NCBI GenBank assembly: GCA_048882325.1 | Contig: JBHLRS010000024.1 | Location: forward strand, 1 to 45,374 | Source of the DNA: Candidatus Thorarchaeota archaeon | GTDB lineage: Archaea; Asgardarchaeota; Thorarchaeia; Thorarchaeales; Thorarchaeaceae | DNA: 45,374 nucleotides | Reading direction: 5' to 3' | Shown here: piece by piece, positions 39,196 through 45,374 of the stretch | Layout of the letters: every line of letters starts with the position of its first letter | How positions within the stretch are numbered: position 1 is the first letter of the stretch | Notes under the pieces: generated by a model | Told to the model about the DNA's origin: nothing | The model's database searches: none | Seen by the model: the letters and a program-made list of their open reading frames with translations, nothing else | Program-made: the position numbers and the translations under genes

Positions 39196-39889
39196 TAGAG
39201 AGAGGTGTGCTTTGATGACCAAGAGATTGTGTATTTGTTTGACAGAACCTACTCTTCAAGACTGCAGAAGGTTGGTCTTGTCAACAGATGCAGATCTCAT
39301 TGAGCATAGATTGGACTTCATGGATGAAATTTCGAGTCTGAATGAAATCTATTCAGCAACCGATAAACCAATCATTGCAACATGTCGTTCGCGCCACCAT
39401 GGGGGGAACTTCGCTGGTGATGAATTAGAACGAGAAAGAATTCTAGTCAGTGCTATCAAACAAGGTGCCTCATTTGTTGATATTGAGATTGATACTGAAC
39501 ATCAATACTTGGCGGAAATCCATAATGCAGCAAGGAACTACAATTGTCAACTGATAATTTCGAAGCATTTCACAAACATCACCCCAGATACCACAAAACT
39601 TCTTGACTTAGTCAAACAAATGAGAGAAGCTAGAGCAGACATCCTGAAGATAGTGGTGACTCCAAAATCAATCTCTGATTGTGGAAGAGTGATTCAACTA
39701 TACAGTCATGTAACGTCGAATACTAATCTCATTGCATTCGCAATGGGCAAACTGGGGAAGTTCACAAGAATCGCAGCTCTGTTTCTTGGTGCTCCGTTCA
39801 TGTATGTATCACAGGATGAGGGAAAGCCTGCAGCACCTGGACAAATATCACTCTCAGAAATGAGAGCAATTGTGAGGTCTCTGTTATGA
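39188..39889 (+). CDS. aroD: Type I 3-dehydroquinate dehydratase
   Basis: IEHRLD, IATCR...GG, VDIE, ISKH, DILKI, FAMG..G..TR, APGQ. Confidence 0.92.
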   Translation: MVDRERCALMTKRLCICLTEPTLQDCRRLVLSTDADLIEHRLDFMDEISSLNEIYSATDKPIIATCRSRHHGGNFAGDELERERILVSAIKQGASFVDIEIDTEHQYLAEIHNAARNYNCQLIISKHFTNITPDTTKLLDLVKQMREARADILKIVVTPKSISDCGRVIQLYSHVTSNTNLIAFAMGKLGKFTRIAALFLGAPFMYVSQDEGKPAAPGQISLSEMRAIVRSLL

Positions 39890-40725
39890 AGCAGCTCATT
39901 CTCATTGGAGATCCTGTAGGTCACTCATTGAGTCCATTGATGCATAATGCGGCACTCAGGGAAATGAGCCTCGATATGGAATTCAGGTATGAGGCCAGAC
40001 CAACCCGTTTCGATGAGCTTGAATCCCAGGCTATATCAATTAGAAATGGGATGATTGAGGGCGCAAATATCACAGTGCCCTACAAGAGAGAGATAATGAG
40101 ATTCCTTGATGAAGTATCAAAAGTAGCTTCAGTTGTTGGTTCAGTGAATACCCTCTATCGAGAAGGAGATAGAGTACATGGAAACAACACCGATGTATCT
40201 GGATTCCTAAAGTCGCTCAGAGAGAAGGCAATCACTCTCAATGGCAAGAGAGCAACCATTTTAGGTGCTGGAGGCGCAGCAAGGTCTGTTGCTTATGCCT
40301 TAATCCAGTCCAGAGTTGCTAGACTTGATATCTTGAATCGAACCTTAGCAAATGCCATAGAGCTAGCTACAAGTCTACGTAATCAAGCAACATGTGAGTT
40401 ACATGTCTGGGAAGACCCGACATCATTTGATTTCGATAAGACTGACCTTGTAGTTAATTGCACACCTATTGGGATGCATGGCCACTCTATTAGTCAATCT
40501 CCACTAGATGGGATTGACCTTCACAGCGAACTAACTGTTGTAGATTTGGTTTACAATCCTCGAAGAACGAAGCTGCTTCTAGATGCTGAAGTCGCTGGTT
40601 GTCTAACTATAGATGGCACTGGAATGCTCGTTCATCAAGGTGCTGAATCTCTTGAATTATGGGTTGGGGAGAAACCCCCTATCGAGGTGATGAGGAGTGC
40701 TGTACTTGATGCACTAGGAGGATGA
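39886..40725 (+). CDS. aroE: Shikimate dehydrogenase
   Basis: HSLSP.MHN, NITVPYK, NTD, GAGGAA, NCTPIGM, DLVYNP, MLVHQG. Confidence 0.95.
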   Translation: MKQLILIGDPVGHSLSPLMHNAALREMSLDMEFRYEARPTRFDELESQAISIRNGMIEGANITVPYKREIMRFLDEVSKVASVVGSVNTLYREGDRVHGNNTDVSGFLKSLREKAITLNGKRATILGAGGAARSVAYALIQSRVARLDILNRTLANAIELATSLRNQATCELHVWEDPTSFDFDKTDLVVNCTPIGMHGHSISQSPLDGIDLHSELTVVDLVYNPRRTKLLLDAEVAGCLTIDGTGMLVHQGAESLELWVGEKPPIEVMRSAVLDALGG

Positions 40726-40729
40726 TGAT

Positions 40730-41257
40730 ATGATTGAGGGTGTTGCTAAGAACATTGGATTGATCGGTTTTATGGGAACTGGCAAAACAGTAGTTGGGCA
40801 AGCTTTGGCAGACCGTTTAGGTAGACAATTCTTCGACACTGATACACTGGTCGAAACAATGGCAGGAAAGACCATCTCTCAAATCTTTCAGGATGAGGGA
40901 GAGGCATCATTTCGTCAACTTGAATCAATGGTTGTGGCGGCGGTCTGTAATAAGGAATATGCAGTGATTAGTTTTGGAGGAGGAGTAGTACTCTCAAAGT
41001 CGAATGTAAGAGCAATAAAAGAAAGCAGTATTGTTGTCTTATTGAGAGCGTCAGTTGAAACAATCCTTGGAAGAACATCATCAACTAATACAAGACCACT
41101 CCTTCACTCATCAAACAATGGGAGTCCAGTCCGAATCTTGTCCCTTATTGAAACTCGAAGAAGCATGTATGAATCAATGATGGACCTTTCTATAAACACA
41201 GATGCTCTGCAGGTGGATGAAGTTGCGAATGAGATCATCCGGAGGTTGGAAATTTGA
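40730..41257 (+). CDS. aroK: Shikimate kinase, bacterial NMP-kinase type
   Basis: GFMGTGKT P-loop, DTD, GEASFR..E, GGG, RPLL. Confidence 0.93.
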   Translation: MIEGVAKNIGLIGFMGTGKTVVGQALADRLGRQFFDTDTLVETMAGKTISQIFQDEGEASFRQLESMVVAAVCNKEYAVISFGGGVVLSKSNVRAIKESSIVVLLRASVETILGRTSSTNTRPLLHSSNNGSPVRILSLIETRRSMYESMMDLSINTDALQVDEVANEIIRRLEI

Positions 41258-42546
41258 AAGCTATCGTCCAGCAAACAGAACTCAGAGGTTCCATCCGTGC
41301 GCCCCCTTCCAAAAGCTACACTCACAGAGCAATAGTGTGCGGTCTCTTATCAAAAAATCAAACTCAAATATCAAATCCTCTTTTTTGTGAAGACACCCAA
41401 GCTTCTCTAAGATTATCGAGGATGATGGGTGCTCAAATTACCAATCAAGAGGACCTTCTTGTAACTGGGCCAGAAACCCTTGTCGCACCAACATCTGAGA
41501 TGGATTGTGGTGGATCGGGGACAACCATTCGCTTGTACACAGCTCTTGCGGCATTGACCAATGGACCTTGTGTTCTAACAGGAGATCAATCCTTGCAGGC
41601 TAGACCCATGACAGACCTACTTCATGCCCTAGACCAACTTGGAATCAAAGCCACTTCGATAAGGAATGATGGAAAACCCCCGGTCGAAGTAATAGGAAAA
41701 GGTCTGTCTGGAGGCAAAGTGAGAATTCGAGGGGATATATCATCTCAGTACATCAGCGGTCTTCTATTCGCGTGCTCCAAATCTGAGGAAGACACGACAA
41801 TCGAGATTACAACTAGACTGGAATCCAGACCATATGTTGAGATGACGCTTGAGGTCATGAAGCACTTCGGGGTGAGTGCCTGGCCTTCAGAATTGTGGGA
41901 TTCTTTCTCAGTTCCAGGAAACCAGGAATACATCGCTTCACACTATGAGATTCCAGGAGATTTCTCTTCCGCAGCATTTCTTCTGGCTGCAGGAGCACTT
42001 CATGGAAAAGTGAGAGTCACAAATCTCAATAAAGGGTCTCTACAAGGTGATGCACTGATTATTGAACTTCTCAAGAAAATGAGTGCATTGATTATTGAAA
42101 AGGAGGATGGCTATGAGGTTAGTGCATCTGAGTTAGAGCCTATCGAAGTTGATGTTTCTCACACTCCAGACTTAGTACCCGTCCTTGTGGTTCTAGCTAG
42201 TCAAGCAGATGGTTGCTCACGAATCTATAATGCGCAGAGACTGAGATTCAAGGAAAGTGATAGATTGACAACAATGTCAACAGAGCTCAAAAAGATGGGA
42301 GGTCGGGTCAAGCTAACTGATGATGGAATTGATGTTGAAGGACCTACGAAACTTCAAGGTGCTATGATTGAAACCCATAATGATCATAGAATTGCAATGG
42401 CCTGCACAATCGCTGGTCTGATTGCTTCGGGATCAACAGTAATTTTGGGTGCTGAGTGTGTTTCCAAGAGCTATCCAAATTTCATGGAGGACATTCAATC
42501 GCTAGGTGCGGAGATATCTATTAACAAAAAAGAAGGAGGAGAATAA
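41254..42546 (+). CDS. aroA: EPSP synthase (3-phosphoshikimate 1-carboxyvinyltransferase)
   Basis: PPSKSYTHRA, SGTTIR, RPM, SSQYISG, SRPY, GDFSSA, KESDR, DHRIAMA, KSYP. Confidence 0.95.
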   Translation: MKAIVQQTELRGSIRAPPSKSYTHRAIVCGLLSKNQTQISNPLFCEDTQASLRLSRMMGAQITNQEDLLVTGPETLVAPTSEMDCGGSGTTIRLYTALAALTNGPCVLTGDQSLQARPMTDLLHALDQLGIKATSIRNDGKPPVEVIGKGLSGGKVRIRGDISSQYISGLLFACSKSEEDTTIEITTRLESRPYVEMTLEVMKHFGVSAWPSELWDSFSVPGNQEYIASHYEIPGDFSSAAFLLAAGALHGKVRVTNLNKGSLQGDALIIELLKKMSALIIEKEDGYEVSASELEPIEVDVSHTPDLVPVLVVLASQADGCSRIYNAQRLRFKESDRLTTMSTELKKMGGRVKLTDDGIDVEGPTKLQGAMIETHNDHRIAMACTIAGLIASGSTVILGAECVSKSYPNFMEDIQSLGAEISINKKEGGE

Positions 42547-42547
42547 T

Positions 42548-43648
42548 ATGACATTTTCATTTGGAAAGGAGTTTAGAATTCATGTCTATGGTGAAAGTCA
42601 TGGTGAAGGTATTGGGGTTGTTGTTGAAGGAGTACCGCCAGGACTCAATATGGATGAGGAGATGATTCAACAAGAATTAGACAAACGTCGTCCCGGAGGT
42701 AGCGAAATTACCTCATCAAGATCTGAGCAAGACCAGGTTTCGATTCATAGTGGGATGTTCAATGGGAAATCAACTGGTGCACCAATCACCTTGTCTATTT
42801 CCAATAAGGATGTTGACTCTTCTTCATATGAGGTAATCCGTCACACGCCTCGACCCGGACATGCGGATTATACTGCAAGAGTGAAATTTGAAGGGTATAA
42901 TGATTACCGGGGCGGTGGTACTTTTTCGGGAAGAATGACCGCTGCTTTTGTGATGGCTGGTGCCTTAGCAAAGTCAATCCTCAAAGAACATGGAGTGATG
43001 GTTCTCGCACATGTTGTTCAGATTGGACAAGTCAGTATTAATGAGGAGGTTTCTGACTACGAAATCAGTAAGAACGTCTATGAAAATCCAGTTAGATGTG
43101 CTCATGCAGATATTGTTTCTGAGATGACGAATGAAATTGCAGAAGCCAAAGCTGATGGCGACTCAGTTGGCGGAATAGTTGAATGTAGAGTTTTAGGTGT
43201 AGAACCAGGGATTGGGGAACCCCTCTTTGATTCTGTTGAGAGTGTCATCAGCCATGCCATGTTCAGTATCCCTGGAGTCAAGGGAGTAGAATTCGGTTCT
43301 GGATTTGCTGGTTCATTGAGAAGGGGTTCAGAGAATAATGATTCACTAATCCTCAGAGAAGGTAAAATTGACTGGGCAAAGAATGATTCAGGAGGAATTC
43401 TTGGAGGAATCACGAATGGAGCCCCCATTGTTTTCCATGTTGCATTAAAACCGACCCCAAGCATTTCGAGGGCACAACGCACTATCGACCTTGAGAAGAT
43501 GGAGGAAACGTCAATACAGACAAAGGGGCGCCATGACCCATCAATCGTGCCAAGAGCTGTCCCAGTTGTCGAAGGACTTGCTGCTGTTGTACTAGTGGAC
43601 CTATTGATGAGAGCTAGCTCGTTACGACTTGCTAGATCTGAAGATTAA
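42548..43648 (+). CDS. aroC: Chorismate synthase
   Basis: GESHG, RRPG, RPGHAD, RGGG..SGR.TA, DGDSVGG, KGVEFG, GGILGGI, KPTPSI, GRHDP. ATG 42548 follows GGAGGAG. Confidence 0.96.
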   Translation: MTFSFGKEFRIHVYGESHGEGIGVVVEGVPPGLNMDEEMIQQELDKRRPGGSEITSSRSEQDQVSIHSGMFNGKSTGAPITLSISNKDVDSSSYEVIRHTPRPGHADYTARVKFEGYNDYRGGGTFSGRMTAAFVMAGALAKSILKEHGVMVLAHVVQIGQVSINEEVSDYEISKNVYENPVRCAHADIVSEMTNEIAEAKADGDSVGGIVECRVLGVEPGIGEPLFDSVESVISHAMFSIPGVKGVEFGSGFAGSLRRGSENNDSLILREGKIDWAKNDSGGILGGITNGAPIVFHVALKPTPSISRAQRTIDLEKMEETSIQTKGRHDPSIVPRAVPVVEGLAAVVLVDLLMRASSLRLARSED

Positions 43649-44875
43649 GATGACTACTATTATGATAACGATACTCGATCCCGCAGAAACAGCAAGTAGG
43701 AGGGTTTGAATCTCGCCATTTTCAGGACCTGTAGCGCTACTAGTTGTTGTGGTGTCTTTTGAAGTCGTGTAATCAACAGTAACAATTTCGGTGGTTGTAG
43801 TTGAGCAAGGACCTGTAGTGAAACCAAATGGATAATGGTCTACGCTTCCAGCAGGACCAGATATGTGGTAATATCCTGTTCCACAGTAATCACTCCAGAT
43901 ATTCCCAATCTCATCAATAGGTACATCCCAATGATTGTTTTTTCCGGCATCATATGCACATGTTCCATTTGATGGTCCGATAAGATTCGCAACTACAGTA
44001 ATGTTGTATGTTCCATCACCTAGATAGACGCAGTACTCAGTACATTCGCCTATGAAATCTTCCCAGACCCAAGATCCATTTACCCACCACATCTCAAGAC
44101 CTATGACACACTCGACGATGGAAGTATTCCATATCGCCAAATTCCATGAACCATAGCTGAAGATACCGATGTTATCGAATCCTTCATCCTCTAAGTAGGT
44201 GCTTGAAATGATATTGCTAGAAATGTATGTACTGTCATCGTAGAGGCATTGGATTCCGTAGTTTGGAGCAAAACAGATCCAATTCTCTGTAATAGAGCAC
44301 TGATCAGTTAAAGTAAGATTTACACCGACCCAATCATTGTAAGACAAGTTGTTTTCATTAAGGACGATATACCTACTACGAGAGACGGTCACTCCTGTCG
44401 CGCAATCATGGACCGTGTTTTGATATAGAGAAATGTGACTTGAGTCATCAATGAAGATTCCAGTTTCCTTCATGTGAGCCACCGAATTCTCAATAGCTCC
44501 ATTAGTACTATTGATAATCCTGATCCCGGTTGAAAATGTGTATTGAGTATCATAGTCTCCAGTTTCACAGTTTACGATTGCCCAATGAAGATCCACATTC
44601 CTAATTGTAATGCCATCATTGTAAAACTCAATTATGTAGTCAGAGATTGAAATTGGGGAATGAGCTTCACCGGTTCCCGTCCAATTATTCGCCTCTTTTT
44701 GAGCAAGAAAATCACTGTTGTTCATTATCACAATCGGTTCGTGAGGCGTCCTTGTGGTCGCAGGATAATAGTTTTCATAAGAAATAGGAACCTGCAGGAC
44801 AGTTCCACAGCTGCTGAACAAGACACTGATTAATGATAACATGATACTCGAAAATAGTACACTCTTCTTTCTCAA
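43622..44875 (-). CDS. Secreted NosD/CASH-like right-handed beta-helix protein with Thr-rich stalk and C-terminal TM anchor
   Basis: HEPIVI..NSDF...W.G.G....P, repeated GI.(I/L)......I..N turns, GNIWSDY.G...Y.I.G....D.YP, TTTTE/TTTTSS stalk, TM helix. Confidence 0.8.
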   Translation of the reverse strand: MRKKSVLFSSIMLSLISVLFSSCGTVLQVPISYENYYPATTRTPHEPIVIMNNSDFLAQKEANNWTGTGEAHSPISISDYIIEFYNDGITIRNVDLHWAIVNCETGDYDTQYTFSTGIRIINSTNGAIENSVAHMKETGIFIDDSSHISLYQNTVHDCATGVTVSRSRYIVLNENNLSYNDWVGVNLTLTDQCSITENWICFAPNYGIQCLYDDSTYISSNIISSTYLEDEGFDNIGIFSYGSWNLAIWNTSIVECVIGLEMWWVNGSWVWEDFIGECTEYCVYLGDGTYNITVVANLIGPSNGTCAYDAGKNNHWDVPIDEIGNIWSDYCGTGYYHISGPAGSVDHYPFGFTTGPCSTTTTEIVTVDYTTSKDTTTTSSATGPENGEIQTLLLAVSAGSSIVIIIVVILIFRSSKS

Positions 44876-45011
44876 TTAATACTCCCACCTAAATTGCAGT
44901 TCACCCTGTACAATAACGACACATTCCATCTTAAACTATCTTGTTTTTCAAAATACACAAAGTGAATGCCAAACCCACAGGTTTATAATAAATCTAAAAT
45001 AGTTAATAATC

Positions 45012-45374
45012 ATGAAGGAGTACGATCTCATTGTTATTGGTTCAGGTGCAGGTATGAATGTCGCATCTGGAGCCTATGATCAAGGATTACGTGTAGCTGT
45101 TGTCGAGCACGGACCGATGGGAGGAACTTGTCTAAATCGTGGATGTATACCCACCAAGATCCTCACTTACGTTGCAGATATTATAACTCAAGCTAGACAT
45201 CTTGAGGAGCTGGGTGTTGAGATTGATATCAAAAAGATTGACTATCCCTGGATCATGAAGAGAATGAGGGATGAGGTCGATGGCGACAGCACAATGCAGG
45301 GCGAGTCTGTAGACCAAGCTGAGGGTATTGATTGGTATAAGGGAACAGGTGCATTTGTTGATGATTACACTATG
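45012..45374 (+). CDS. Dihydrolipoamide dehydrogenase / pyridine nucleotide-disulfide oxidoreductase class I, partial
   Basis: Manual translation gives MKEYDLIVIGSGAG...GGTCLNRGCIPTK (redox-active CxxxxC). Runs off the window end. Confidence 0.88.
   Translation, partial: MKEYDLIVIGSGAGMNVASGAYDQGLRVAVVEHGPMGGTCLNRGCIPTKILTYVADIITQARHLEELGVEIDIKKIDYPWIMKRMRDEVDGDSTMQGESVDQAEGIDWYKGTGAFVDDYTM

Noticed and set aside
319-45317. Numerous 60-170 aa ORFs in the track that overlap longer genes (e.g. 1516-1926, 12985-13693, 27138-27647, 34149-34571, 45132-45317)
   Set aside because: They are antisense or out-of-frame shadows of well-supported CDSs and carry no recognisable motifs.
1-45374. CRISPR arrays, tRNAs, IS elements/integrases, selenocysteine read-through
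   Set aside because: No spaced repeats, cloverleafs, transposase motifs or TGA-split genes were noticed by eye. tRNAscan-SE and Infernal would be needed to exclude them formally.

Overview
Gene-dense archaeal chromosomal window, probably from an Asgard archaeon (Thorarchaeota-like). This is an inference from the archaeal-type ThrRS, TATA-box intergenics, an LRR protein and a large surface protein with a longin/roadblock-like cytoplasmic tail. It holds several secreted or membrane-anchored proteins, an NDP-forming acyl-CoA synthetase alpha subunit, a fold-II PLP enzyme, ppdK, threonine genes (tdh, ilvA, thrS), an HTH + CruF-like pair, an Fe-S flavoprotein, a saccharopine/lysine dehydrogenase and a partial lipoamide-dehydrogenase-family gene. 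It also holds a complete nine-gene shikimate-to-tyrosine operon. Three things stand out. (1) An unannotated 29-aa Tyr-rich leader ORF (34663-34752, 6 Tyr) sits inside a multi-stem RNA structure directly upstream of the tyrosine operon, a candidate leader-peptide attenuator in an archaeon. (2) A tightly linked three-gene operon (12202-19858) joins extracellular prenyltransferase-like barrels, a 7TM domain, an alpha-L-glutamate-ligase-type ATP-grasp and an active transglutaminase, a candidate cell-surface peptide synthesis and cross-linking system. (3) A GC-rich structured motif is shared by the upstream regions of two surface-protein genes (~1157-1272 and ~9350-9413). No tRNA, rRNA, CRISPR array or IS element was recognised. 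All family calls come from motif recognition by eye, with no database searches.
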